Positions 36,430 to 48,765 of a DNA stretch of 64,000 bases are shown one piece after another (position 1 is the stretch's first letter; each line of letters starts with the position of its first letter). Below the pieces are notes generated by a model. It saw only the letters and a list, made by a program, of their open reading frames with translations, was not told where the DNA came from and did no database searches. Both the position numbers and the translations under genes were made by a program. The DNA is from Lama glama (lineage: Eukaryota): assembly GCA_028534125.1 (NCBI GenBank), contig CM052851.1, positions 2,542,001-2,606,000 of the forward strand, given 5' to 3'.

Positions 36430-36812
36430 TGTCTGAGTCAGCTCGGGTGGCTGGCACAGCGTTCCCCAGACCGGGCAGTTTAAAGCACAAGGTTTATCAC
36501 CTCCTAGTCCTGGAGGCTGGAATCTGAGGGCCAGGCGTGGGTGGGGCCGGCTCCTCCCGGGGCCTCTCTGCTCGGCGTGGAGACGGCCGTCTTCTCCCCG
36601 GTCCTCACGTGGTCATCCCTCTGCGTGTGTCTGTGTCCTGATCTCCTCTTGTAAGGACAGCAGGCCTGTGGGATTAGGGCCACCCCAGTGGCCTCATAAT
36701 TTACCCTGATCACTCTTTAAAGACCCTGCCTGTTTCCAAATACAGCCCTACCTGAGGTGCTGGGGGTCAGGGCTTCAGCACGGAAGTACTAGGGACACAG
36801 TTCCGCCCACAA
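36430..36812 (-). mobile_element. MLT1A/B-like solo LTR
   Basis: Colinear with and highly similar to 24596-24975. Confidence 0.85.
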
Positions 36813-37664
36813 CCCCTGTCGTGTGCAGCGTGGTAACTCAGGTGGAGTCTCCCAGCGTCCCACAGCTGACTTCCGGGGGACAGGGGTTCCGATCCAGTTT
36901 GTCTGGATGGCGAGCCCGTGCTGGCCCACCCCAGCCCTCTTTGTCCCTCTTAGTGGCTTGCCCTGCAGCCCGCATGGCGCCAGCACCACTTGGCTGTGCC
37001 CAGGGCTGTGGTCTTTATGCCCCTTGGGGAGACCAGATGTACTCACGGTCTCTGCCATCAGCATCTGTGTGGGCACTTGGTGGTCAGCCGTCCTGCAAGT
37101 AGGGGTACCATGCCCTCAGCTCCCCAGTGTTGGGTGTCCGGTGCCCCCAAAGCAGTGCTGGGGGTCAGGTGAGGGAGGAGGGGCCAGGACCCAGCTATGA
37201 AGTGGCACCACACGTCCTGGCTTAGGTGCCCAGAGAGTGGCACACCAACTTGGGTTCCTGGGGAGTGGGGCATAACCTCCTGGCTGAATGGCCCCCATTT
37301 CCAGAAGAGGGCTCAGTGGTGAGGGATCAGCTATGAGCCATTGGCCGCCTGTGTCACAGGAGCGGGGGGATGGTGCCTCTGCTGGGGGAGGGGTCCTGGA
37401 TGGGGCAGTGACAGCATCCACCACACTGGCCACGAGTGCCAAGTCACGCTGCCCCGCACGGCCAGCACTCGAGATTCCAAGTATGAGGCATTTCAGGGCT
37501 CACTCTGATGCTCCCAGCTTCTGCCAACTTGCCCTGTGGGAGCCAGTGGCCTAGGAGCACTGAGTAGCCTGCAGGTCAGGCTTGCACAAGGAAGAATCCT
37601 GAAGTGAGGAAGGGCTTTCTCCATGTTAACACTCAGACAGGCAGCCGAGTTGCTCGGTTATGAC

Positions 37665-37717
37665 TGTGAGTGTGTGAATGTGTGTGTGTGAGTGTGTGTG
37701 TGTGTGTGTGTGCGTGT
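37665..37717. repeat. (TG)n microsatellite
   Basis: TGTGAGTGTGTGAATGTGTGTGTGTGAGTGTGTG…TGCGTGT. Confidence 0.92.
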
Positions 37718-39511
37718 CCCTGTACTGCATCCCAGTTGACAGACAGGGGACCTTGCCCCTAGGTCACTGGAACCAGCCCAGCGTGAAGGGTTCCTGAGCT
37801 GGGCGACTCCTTTCACCGCGTCTCCCTGCTTTCATGTATTGACCTCTCTGCTCTCAAGCTAGCTGTGAACGGCCTTTCTTCGTATCTGTGGTCTCGTAAT
37901 AACAGCACAGTGCCCAGGAGTGTGTACTTGGCGTAGATTAAATGCGGATTAGAACATGGTGTCCCTGACGGGGGTGATGGGCGGAGCTCCACACTGTAAG
38001 GTTAACGTGCCTCTTCCACACGCGGCGAGCCGACAAGTGTCTTCCTGCTCTGACAAGTGGGGAAACTGAGGCAGGAGATTAAAGAAGCTTCCCAAGTGTC
38101 TCCCTGAGCAGTTCCTCCTCCCCTGGACCCCCTAAGACAGCAGACCAGCCTGCCCAGAGCCTCCAGGAAGAAAAGGTGCCCCTTCACTGGGCATTGGCCC
38201 GGACGGCACACAGGCCGGTCCCTGCCCCCACCCCCCTGCAGTCCAGGGCAGCACCCCGAGGTGGCCCGCCCAGATCCAGGTTCCCCTGGGAAGCTGCGAC
38301 GTACGTCCGGGTCAGCTGGGCTGCACTGAGTATGAGGGACCAGCATCGATCTTTGGAGGAAACGCCTTGAGCAGGCTCAGTGGTACTGGTCAGCAGGGGG
38401 TCTCCTGTAGGCATTTCTCCCCACGAGCAGGCAAAGACTTGTACAGCTGATGGTTTCTGTGCGGTTGGCCTTCAGAACTCATGAGTCCAGGTGTCCTTTA
38501 TCTGGCCTTTGAGGTTGAGATGAGGGGTGGGGGGAGGCACTTGCGTGCCTGTGATCTGTGCGGTTCTGGCGCCTTGGGTCCTGGGTAACTTATAGGGGGT
38601 TAGGATGTGCCGAGATTATATTGACTCCAGCCCAGCACCAAGAGCCTAAGAGGCAAAGACCCTCCCCACCTCACTGCCGTGAACTTGGCCCGTATCTGTC
38701 CCAGTGCTGCCCGGGGAGCCTTGGGTCCTGGTGTCTTGGGTTTGCATTGCTCACCCTGGGTCAAGTTTAAAAATAATACCCTTCATCGTCCCAGTGGGCG
38801 TTTGCAAGGCCCCTGTGCCCCGAGTGCAGAGCCCAGGCAGGGGACCCCAGTGCCTTCTGCCCGCCGGGCAGCTGTGTCTTCGTGTTTTCCCGGGCAGAGG
38901 GCCCCTGGGGACAGGCCCTGCGCCTTCTCTGTAAGGCAACTGGTCTGCCCCTGGAGGCCAGGGCACCAACACAGTTTGTGGGTTCTTCCTTAATAAAGCC
39001 ACCCCAAGGCCAAGTGCCCGTGCCCGCCTCGGCCACGTGGCGTCTTAGAACCGCTAGTCTGCCTCTCCATCTGGGCCCCCCCCCGGCTTGGAATGGGCAG
39101 ACACGGCCTCATGGTTCCTTCTCCCCTGTGGGGTGGCCCGTTCCCCCACTTTGACACCTGAAAAAAGAGTGTGGGGACTTGGAGTTCCCATTCTTCTGTC
39201 TCAGCTGGGACCCTAGAGACAGGGCACGGTGGCCCCCTGCCATGCGGCATAAGATACAAGGACCCCAGGGCGCCCTGCACTAGTGTCCCCTCCCCAGGCC
39301 TGACGGGCAGAGGGCACCTGGGGGCTGCAGAGGCTTGGCACTGACCCCTCCCAGGACCCTTTGCCAGGCCCCTTGTCCACAGCTAAAGGAGGCGTGGTCA
39401 GCGGGCAAGTGGACCAGAGTTGCTGCTCTGTGGGCCGGGCTACCAGCCGCTCCTCCTGTGCAGCCCCTCCAAGCCCTGCCCACTAACCCCTCCCTCTTTC
39501 CTTGCCTCTAG

Positions 39512-39625
39512 TTCTGAGCATCGGCGAAGGGGGCTTCTGGGAAGGCAGCGCCCGAGGCCACATCGGATGGTTCCCGGCTGAGTGCGTGGAGGAAGTCCAG
39601 TGTAAGCCAAAGGACAGCCAGGCAG
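39512..39625 (+). CDS. SHANK2: SHANK2 internal exon, 114 nt (VLSIGEGGFWEGSARGHIGWFPAECVEEVQCKPKDSQA), C-terminal half of SH3
   Basis: Branch point CACTAAC 39481-39487, pyrimidine tract, CTAG acceptor (AG 39510-39511); donor CAG|GTAAGG at 39626; SH3 motifs GFWEG and GWFP. Confidence 0.97.
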
Positions 39626-41669
39626 GTAAGGCGGTGCCGCTCCGGCCCCCACCCGTTTCTCCACCTCTCTCGGGCCTGGGGTCCGCGTTGTGGTGGCAGC
39701 AGGTGCGTTGTTCCCGAGAAAGGCTGAGTTTCAGAACGAGGACCTCTCTGATCATTAGAGCGGTTGATGCAGCCCCACTGGGCTTTGTCCAAACCAGAAA
39801 TCGGCTGCAAGATACTGTGAAAGCTTTTAGTTAAAAAGCTGCTCGATGCACGTGCCAGAGAACTTGGGTGGTGCATTCTAGCCCGCGGAAAAGGGCTTTG
39901 GGGGTTGATTAAATGCCTGAAACGGCTTTATCGATCTCTCCTACCGATGCCATGAACAGGTGGCTTCGCTTCTCCCAGCCGGCCCCTGCCGTGCCCTAAG
40001 GACTCCGCTCTCTGATGTCTCAGTGAGAAAGTGCTCAAAAGAGCGCTGCAGGTGCGAAGGTAATTCGTTCCAGCATCTCTCAGAACTCCCAGATGCAGCC
40101 CTCGCCGACACCCATTCCGAAAGTGATTGCCAAAAGCTTTACCTGATTACAGTGTTAAGAGGAAACCACTCATATGAAACGGTATTGAGAAAAAATACGA
40201 GGGCTGGGGAAAAGCGAAGCACTGGGGTCTTGTGAGCACCCGGTCCATGTGCGTGCCCCTGGGTCCTGGTGGAAAGAGTCCCGGGCGCTGGGTGCGCGTG
40301 TCAGAAGTGGCCACGCTCGCTCTGCGGCCAACGGCTCTGCTGTGTCCTCGTGTGGTCCAGGGAGGCCTGTCCCGTTCAGGTTCCCAGCCTAGATGCACCA
40401 AGGAGCCCCCTGCGCGTGGCCAGGGCTGCCTGGGCCGGCGCGGCCGGGCAGTGAGGTGTTCTGGAGACACAAGCCCCCCAGGGCACAAGGTCTCCCCAGC
40501 GCTGTCTGGTGTGCAGCGCCTTCATCACAGAGGCTCAGCGGAGAAAGTTCCAAGGGCACGTCCATCTGTGCTACGCTTCCTGTGGTCCTGCTCAGGTTCA
40601 AACCTGAGGGGAACCATAACCTTTGCCGAATGGTGAGGGTGTCGAGGTAAGAGATGTCCCGAATGTAACCTTGAAATACCGGATGTGCTTGGCGCAGGGA
40701 GGTGGCTGGCTGGGTCAGTGGGTGGGAGCGTGTTTCCTGGGTGCAGTGACGGTCGCCCGGGAGGATTGGGGCGGTTCAGGCCCACTGACCCCTGGCCCAC
40801 ACCCGGGCTCTCCTGCGGGCAGCCTGCCCAGCCGCTCTGGCCTGTGAGGGGCAAGGCCGTGGCCGGTGAAATTGACTTGCCTTCCCAGGTTGCTGGGTGC
40901 CCGCCCCTCTGTCTCCTTCCCTCCTGACGGGGAGGGAATCCAGCTCCCCCTCCCAGTACAGAGTTCAGAGCCACTGGCTCCCCGCCCGCACTCTTCCATT
41001 GGAAAGACTCTGGCACGTCGGTGCCCAGCGCTGCTGGTGATTTCATGCCTGGACGGGGCAGCCCAGAGTGGCCGCATGTGAGGGCCGTTTGGGCCTTCCT
41101 GCCCCCTGCATCCTCCAGAAATGACTGGCTTCCTGGGTTGGGGGGCAGGAAAAGGCAGGGCAGCTGGGCGCCCCCTCCTCCCTCTCCTGCTGGGGGTGCT
41201 CCCCCCCACCTGCCTGCATCACCCTCTCGCCTGGGTGTCGGGGGCTGGTTTCCCTGCCCACTGGCAGCACCCTCACAGGGGTGGGGGGGACACAGTGCAG
41301 TTTGTCCAGCTGATGTGTCTCTGGAAAGGGCCTCCCCAGGGCAGTCACTTGTGTGTGTCTATCATAGAGAAGCTGTCAGATGACGGGGAGATTTTTGGAA
41401 GGGCATTTTTGCTCCTGCAAACTGAGGCAGGGATCCTTGGTGAAGCCCATTCTCCACCAGGCTGATGCCTGGCATGGGGTTCAACACTCCTGGGGCTCCG
41501 GCCGGTGCCGGGGGACTTGAGAATGTGGAAGCAGATCTTGGTCTCCAGGCAACTGTGCTGACCTGGCATGGAGGCAGCCCCCGCGTTCGAGCACCTCCTG
41601 GCCCTGGGCATCTTGCAGGGACCCGTGCTGGAGACGGAGCAACCGTTACCATTAAAGATATCAGAAGCT

Positions 41670-42135
41670 GGAAAAAAAGGCCACAAATTTGGTGGCTTCA
41701 AATATCACCAGTGTATTATTTTGTGGTTCTGGAGGCTGGAAGTCTGGGGAGGGTCTCATCATGGTGTCAGCTGGGCAGTGTTCCCTAACAGAACCCTAGG
41801 AGGCAAGCCACTCCTTGGTTATGGCTTTTCCAGGTTCTAGAGGCCACAGCCTTCTCTGGCTGGTGGACCCCCTCTGTCCTTCAAGCCAGCAGCCCTGGGC
41901 TGGGTCTTCTCAAGCTTCGCGTCTCTGACCCTCTCCTCTGCCTCCTCCTCCACTTTTTAGGACTCGTGTAATCAGATTGGCTCCACCTGGATAACCCCGG
42001 TCGGGCTAAACGGATTAGACAGTTTAATTCCCCTTTGCCTTGTAAGGTCCTGTACTCGCAGGTCCTGGGGATTCGGACACGGGCATCTCTGGGGGACCGT
42101 CGGACGTAGGTGTCTAGGGGGAACTGTCTTCTGTC
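41670..42135 (-). mobile_element. MLT1C/D-like LTR
   Basis: CCACAAATTTGGTGGCTT…GTTCTGGAGGCTGGAAGTC…CTTTTCCAGGTTCTAGAGGC…GGGGATTCGGACACGGGCATCT. Confidence 0.75.
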
Positions 42136-42549
42136 TGCTAATGATGGCAAATATGAATAGCATGCTTCTGCTAATGACGTGGGCTGTTGGGCAGAGGCAG
42201 GCACCCCGGTAACTGGGGGCGCAGTTGGGCGGAGGGAGAGAACAGCACAGAGGAGGTGGAATCTGAGCTGGATTTGAGGGTGGGGGGAGTCCAGAGCCCT
42301 TCCTGCTGAGTTCTGTCTGCCTTGGGCTTTCCACGGCTGTGACGCAGCGTTGGCTTTTACAGAGGAACGATTTATGTGCAGTGAGAAAGGCTCAGGGTGT
42401 GGGGCTGCTTCAGTGCATTTGGGCAAACGTGTACACCTGGGTCTCCAACTGCAGTTAGGATGCAAAACAGGCTTATCAGCCCAGAAAGGTCTCTCAGGCT
42501 GCTTTCCAGCCCCGCACACCCCAACCAGAGGCAACCGGAGTTCTGATTC

Positions 42550-43172
42550 TGTTCCTGAACCAAACCTGGGTTCGCTCGCCCGAGCCAATCTACTACCACT
42601 GGGTTGGGGTGAAGGAAGGTACGAAGTTTACTGCAAGGTGCCCGGCGTGGGACGAAGCGAGGAGAATGCGCAGCTCGCGATCAGAAGACCTGAACTCCTT
42701 GAAAGCCAGGAAGGGCTTTTTAAGACAGCGCGCGCGAGAGGGTCACGGGGTGCGTGGACGCCTGTGCGCAGTTCTCTGGCTGGCTGGCGGTGAGGCGGCA
42801 GGGTGAGGTTTCAGGACCCTCAGTCATCAACCTTCTGCTTCCATCCGGCCTGGGGCAGCATGCAGTTAACATCCTCCACCTGGTGGGGGTTCAGTTTCTG
42901 CAAAACAGCTCAAGGACGCGGCTCGGCACATCATCTCCGACCCTTGAGGAGGACCTGAAGGTCTGTTGTGACTCTGTCTGATGGCTGAACTATTATTATT
43001 TTGCATTGCTTGACTATGTCCTTTGGTTTTGCGTTTCTCTGATTAAATTTGCTCTTTGGAACTTGGGGAAGGCCCAGGAGGCTAAAGCTTTTCTACAAAT
43101 CAGAGACGCGAGAGGTGGGGGCAGGAGAGTGTCTGTCTCTGGGAAGGCCCCGCGGGGCCCTGCGCGGTTTCC
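42550..43172 (-). mobile_element. ERV1-type solo LTR
   Basis: TG start, approximate 4-bp TSD ATTC/GTTC; extensive similarity to 43559-44042 (CATCAACC…, CAGTTA…CCACCTGG, TGAGGAGGA, GCTAAACTAT/GCTGAACTAT, GGGAAGGCCCC). Confidence 0.75.
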
Positions 43173-43289
43173 GTTCACCACCAGAGATCAGGCCAGCCTG
43201 TTGCGGGGTTTCAGAGAGCTGGGACCTACAGCACGCGCCCCGGAGCCCGGCGCCTTTCATGGAACTGAACGCTGGTGCAGGTGTGTGCG

Positions 43290-44470
43290 CTTCTGCTGGG
43301 AAGCGCGTGCCGTCGTGCATTTGTGCCCCGGTACGGCTCTCCGTGCTCCTGGTGGTGCGTGTTTGGGTTGCTTCGCAGTCTGGACTCGTGATCGAAGCTG
43401 CTGTGAACGTTTTTGTACCAGTCTCTGACCAGGCGTGTTTTCCTTTCTCTTGGGGGAGCACCTGGGTGTAGCTGGGCTGGGTCGCCAGGTAGGGTTGTGC
43501 TCCACTTTGTACGAAGCTGCCAAACGGTTCTCCACACTGCTGTGCCGTCCCGTGCTCCTGTTACCAAACCGGACTCAGGTCTGTTTCAGGGACGGGGCGA
43601 GGGAAGGGGGGCGTGGGGGCGTGGTCAGCTCGTGGACCTTCTTCTGATTGGCTGGTGGAGAGGGCCTCGGAGTCAGCATCACCAGCCCGCTGGTTCCAGG
43701 CGGTCTGGGGTCCCCGTGCTGGTGGGCAGCACACAGTTAGCTTCTCCCACCTGGCGGGGCTCAGTAGCTGCAAAACCGCTCCAAGGACGCGGCTCAGGTA
43801 TTATCTGCAGCCCCTGAGGAGGAGCTAACGGTCCTTGACTTTATTTGGTGGCTAAACTATGATTATTTTGTCTTGCTGGACTGTTTTCCTTTCTTTTTGC
43901 ATTTTCTCGCTTCTATGATTAAATGTGCTCTTGGAACTTGGGGAGCCTGGGAGACCGAAGTTTTTCTACAGACAAGAGGCAGGCGGAGGACACTGGGGGT
44001 GGTCTGTCCTGGGAAGGCCCCATGGGGTCCCGCTCGGTGACACTCCCGCTGGGTGGGTGTGGTCATTCCAGTGGCCCCACTTCCTCCACGGCTTTAGGTG
44101 ACACGAGTCTGCTGCATTCCAGCCGTCCTGGTGGGTCTGGCTTGCCTCTCTCTGGTGACGTGTTGTTAAACACCCCCCGGCTTACTCTCCGCATGTGCGG
44201 CTTCTCTTGACGAGCGCTGGCCCGAGCCTCTTGTCCGGTTTAACTGGGCCGGTTACCTGTGCAGGAGCCCTCCGCGTGCTCTGTTCGTCAGTCCGTGGTC
44301 AGACGCACGCTGCACACATTTCCCCCAGTCTGTGACTGCCTCTTCTTTTTCTGTGTCCTTTAACAGGTAGAAAGTTTTAAAGACAATTTTAAATGAAGTC
44401 CAGTTTCTCCGTTGTTTCTTTCACAACTAGCACTCTTTTCTCGTGCCTGTGTTTTTGCCGTTGGAAACTT
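43290..44470 (-). mobile_element. Old L1M 3' fragment, GC-shifted, interrupted by the LTR at 43559-44042
   Basis: Resembles antisense L1M 3' region (TTTGGGTTG…GCTGCTGTGAAC…TTTCTCTTGGG…GCTGGGTC…GCTGCCAAAC…TTCTCCA). Confidence 0.7.
43559..44042 (-). mobile_element. ERV1-type solo LTR, internally deleted, inserted into an L1
   Basis: TGTTACC…GTGACA with exact 4-bp TSD CTCC (43555-43558 / 44043-44046); L1 sequence continues on both sides. Confidence 0.8.
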
Positions 44471-44877
44471 GCTGGGTATGTGTGGAATCCAGGAGACGGA
44501 CGGTGCGAGGCGTTTTTAAACGTTCCGCGCAGCAAGCGCCTTCCGCACAGAGCTAGCTGGTTTGAGCCTTCGGGTTCTTTCCCTCCGTGTAGAGCCACTT
44601 CTTTTTCACGCTGGAGAACTCCCTTTTATTCTTGTAGTTTTATACGAGGAGGTCAACACTGCATTTAAGAACCCGTTGTTCTCAATTGATTTATACAGAG
44701 TTTAAATCCTTAAATTGCACGTCAGTGGCCTGTGACTCCAAGTTGTGTTCATCAGTCTCCTTCCAGTCTGAAGGAAATGATCACGTGATTTTTTAAATTC
44801 CACACACGCCACAGCCCAGGGACATAACGTTTAGTCTGAAGTCCTGCACTTGTAGGAGAATTAAGACTAGCTGGTGT

Positions 44878-44978
44878 GGGGGCGGGTGGAGTCAGTGGCA
44901 GAGCCTGCCTGGCGTGCCCGACCTCCATTAACACAAACAAGTAAATAAACCAATTACCACCCCCCACCCAAAAAAAAG
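44878..44978 (+). mobile_element. Degenerate Vic-1-type SINE with B-box region deleted
   Basis: GGGGGCGGGTGGAGTCAGTGGCAGAG head, AAATAAACCAATTACCACCCCCC + A-run tail; degenerate TSD AAGACTAGCTGGTGT / AAGAAGAGCTGGCAT. Confidence 0.7.
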
Positions 44979-46784
44979 AAGAGCTGGCATCAAACTGGCC
45001 CGAAACCCAAGTGCGTTCCTGGCTCCAGATGCCTGTCGTAAATGTGCACGTCCACACTGAGGCATGGAAATAAACCAGGGTGCGTACATCATGCAAAACC
45101 TTCTCACAGCAGAGTCAACATAGCGTTAACATGTTACCAGGTTCCAACCATATTACAGTGTTCTGTCCAGTTCGCTTTCAAAATGTCTGATTCACCGAAT
45201 TAAATGCAGATAATAACCTCATTACATTTTTCCCGCTTCTCAAAATGGTGATGGAATTAATGGTGGAATTAACTTTTAAAACGTCAAAGGGTAGCATCGC
45301 TTTCCTAGTATGTATTTTAATACGTTTTTTTATATGTATTTAGCACCACTTCTATACGCTGTGCAGGGAACATTTAGCTGGTGTATCTCACTCATGTGCA
45401 CTCTGGCTCAGATATAATTCGAGATGGAGAAGGCTGCTCAGGGCCCTTCAGGCCTGTGGGTAGGACCAACCCCTTTCCTGTCGCCCAGGGAAAACATGAG
45501 CGGCAGTGGTCACCCAGAGCAGACTGGGCCGGTGGCCAGGCCACTGGCTGGTTCGTGGGTGCAAGCTCGGCTCGGTTCCACGAAGTGTTTGGTAGCTGTT
45601 TCTTTTCAAGGGAAGCACTCGCTCCTCTTACCCTTGGTTCTAGTTTCTTGGGACCGTGTGCGTCTCTAGCAGGCTTCCCTGCGTGGGCCAGGCACGAACT
45701 TCAGGCGTGACTCCTGCGTGGAGTCTCCTCCAGCCTGTGGAGTCAGCAGGGCAGGAAGCCCGGTGACTGACCCCCAAGCACCCACGTCTCAGGGGCTGTG
45801 AAACATGTAGCTGTCTGTGCTCTGGTCCACACCCGCGTCCAGGCGGCCTCCCTCCCGCGGGCCCCGGGGGGATCCAGGATCCAAGCACCACTGACTGATG
45901 CTCACGCACGTCCGCCTGGGCGCTGGGGAGGCCGGGCAGGTGCAGGCTCCTCTCAGGTCCGCCGGCTCCCTGTGCACAGGCGATGCCGCGGCTCTGTGTG
46001 GGTTCCTTCCCCCGGGAAGGGCGTGAAGGCTCCGGGTGTGACGCGTGTGCAGGGTCCGGGAGGAGCAGGGTTGCAGGATTTTTTGTTTCTGTGCAGGAGA
46101 GACAGGTGTGCCCCTATCTACAAAGACTCCCCTCTTTGCTTGTATCAGCCCAGAGAACTGACAGCAAGGTGCCACGTGTGACCACGGCATCGTGTGCATG
46201 GAGGGTGGCGTTTCAGGGGACATTGCCACTTAATTGTGAGCACACCCCTCCCCCTGCTCCTAGCATCCAGGCTCTCTGAGGACAGGGACAACACCCCACT
46301 CTCTGCCATCCACCTGCTTGTGGGGAGGAGGCCACATGGAGTTGCCCTGGTCCAGGAGCCCAGGGGGCCAGCTCCAGTCTGCCCATAAAGCTCCCTGCCC
46401 GTGTGCTGTGTATTAGGTGCGATGTATTGTGCCAGCTGCTGTAACAAGGAAGCCCACCTCTTCGGTGGCTTAATGCAGCCCCTGTCTCTTTTCCACCGGG
46501 TGGGTTCTCCTGGTCAGAAGACAAGCCGCTTTTCTCCATGGTGTGACTGAGGGGTCCCGGGCCCCTCCAGTCCATGGCAGGGCCATTCTCAAGGGCCTTA
46601 ATGCCCTCTGCCTCCAGCCGGCAGGTACAAGAAGGTGTGGAGAGATCCCACCCACCTGAGAGGGGCCCCGGCTGGGCAGGGACACACGCCGCTGCCTCCT
46701 GTGTCCTATGGGACTTGGGTGCCACAGGCGCATGGTGCTCAGCCACACTGCCCCGGCCAGGAGCCATCGCCCAGCCACTGGCCA

Positions 46785-47170
46785 GCAGGGGTTCTCTAGA
46801 GAGACAGGACCAGTGGGATACAGATACCAATACACATATATAGTAGGAGATTCATTTTAAGGAATTGGCTCACATGATTGTGGGGCTGGCACATCTGAAA
46901 TCCACAGGGTGGGCTGGCCAGCCGGACACAGCCAGGTGCTCATGCTGCTGTACTGAGGAAGCCTTGGTGTTGCTCGTGTTAGTGCCCGCAGCTGATTGGA
47001 GGAGGCTCGCCCATGTTATCAAGGAAAATCTTTACTTAAAGATAACTGATTGTAGATCCTATTAACCACGTCTGCTGAACACCTTCACAAGGATGCCCAG
47101 ACCAGAGCATGCCCGGGTGGCGGGTGCTGTAGCCTGGCCGGGCTGACGCACAAAATTGACCGTCGCCATG
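46785..47170 (-). mobile_element. MLT2 (ERVL) LTR
   Basis: GGGTTCTCTAGAGAGACAG…TTTAAGGAATTGGCTCACATGATTGTGGGGCTGG…AACTGATTGTAGA…TGACGCACAAAATTGACC. Confidence 0.8.
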
Positions 47171-48765
47171 ACAGCCGCACACTGTGGATAGGGGGATGCA
47201 GCTCCTGCCTGTGCCCTGCAGGGACCTCAGCCTTCGGAGGCCCAGCTGCTGGATCGCATGGGGACCTGGTCCTTTCTCCCAGAGTCCCACAGGTTGAACT
47301 GAATAAGGGGCGTGCCCAGTGAGGGCTCTCAAATAGGGACAGAGATAAACATGTTTTCAGAGTCATTGCTTGGAGCCTGTAGTGAGTCGGTTTATGAGAA
47401 ACAAAGGACCGTGCATGCAGCTTCTCGTGATCCAGCTCACATGTAAACAGAAACTCTGACACCAGGGCTCCCCGTTCATCCCGTAAAGTGACAAGGCAAG
47501 TTGCTCCCAAACAAATCGTATTCTAGTTGCTGAAACAAAGGACCTGACCTACGAGCGGTGTCCGCTTAGGCCCAGACGAGAAGATGCCTGGTGAATAACC
47601 ACGCCCATCCCCGGCCCCAACCTCCCAAGGCAGCCGGAATCTGGTCCCGGAGGCAGAGGTCGGTCATCCCTCGGGTGCAGGGCACCACGGTCTTGACCCG
47701 CCTGCCTCTGGAAGCGGGCCCTGGTTGGTTCTGGGGCGCCAGGCGCCTCGAGCCTGTAGGGGGTCAGGGGGCTCAAGCAGCTTCCGCAGCCCCCAGGGGA
47801 GTGACTGCCCCTCCCGCCTACACTAAGGCGGCTGCAGAGGACCGGCCCGCCCCAGGCTCCACGAGGCCAGCCTGCAGCCAGAGCCGTGGTGGCGGGGAGG
47901 CTGATGGGACAGGCGGCAGTGGCTCCGGCCCGTTGCGCTTGGCGCTGAGGAGGTGCTGTGGTCCCCGTGCCCACTGTGCAGCCCTGCTTCCCTCTGGGCT
48001 GTGGTACAGGCCTCTGCTCTGGGTCCTTCTCCACGTGGCGATGGGACACTAGCCCATCGAGGGCCCCCCTGCCGACGGGGAGACCCCTGCTCTTTGAGCC
48101 CCACTCAGAAGCCAGTCGGTCCCCGAAGTGAACGGTGTGTTCAAGTGTTTGTTCCCTTGCTCCCAGCCAGCAGAATACAGCTCATCTTTGATTTCAGCTG
48201 CTGTGACCCATTGGGGACAATGCCCAAGGCCACTGTTGGCCTCACTTCAGCACAGCACGCCCCGTGTGACCCGGACCCAGGTGACCCTGCCCCCGCAGGG
48301 CATGACGTAGAACCCCGAGTCTCCTGGAGGTGCCCTGGGTGTGGCGGGCTGTTCTGAGCCCCACGCTGGGGCCCCCCTTTACACCACTGCAGGCCCCAGG
48401 CCTGCCCCGGGTTCACCCCAGAACTGTCAGCTGCCGTCTTTGGGTCTCCTCAGGTTTGAGGAGCAGAATCCTGAGCGGACATGGGGCGCAGCAGCCCTGG
48501 CCCAAGGCCTCCCAGGAGACTGTCCTGGCCCGGAAGCCCCCCCTACAGCAGCATGCCTGGAGGCCTCCTGCGCCCTCCCTGGCACCTGTCAGGACCGCAG
48601 CCCGGGTCCACCCCGAGGGCTGCATGGGGATCTGGTCTGGGCCGGGCAGAGGCATCCTTCCTCCCTGGGCAGCTCACCTCAGGCTGGTCCCCGGCAGCCC
48701 CAGGCTTGTGTCCTCCTAAACCCAGACCCAGCGGAGGATGGGGAGGGGAGAGAGAAGGGCTGTTT

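Noticed and set aside
42550-44042. A single deleted provirus (LTR-internal-LTR)
   Set aside because: Each LTR has its own TSD, the spacer is L1, and no PBS or gag/pol sequence was seen.
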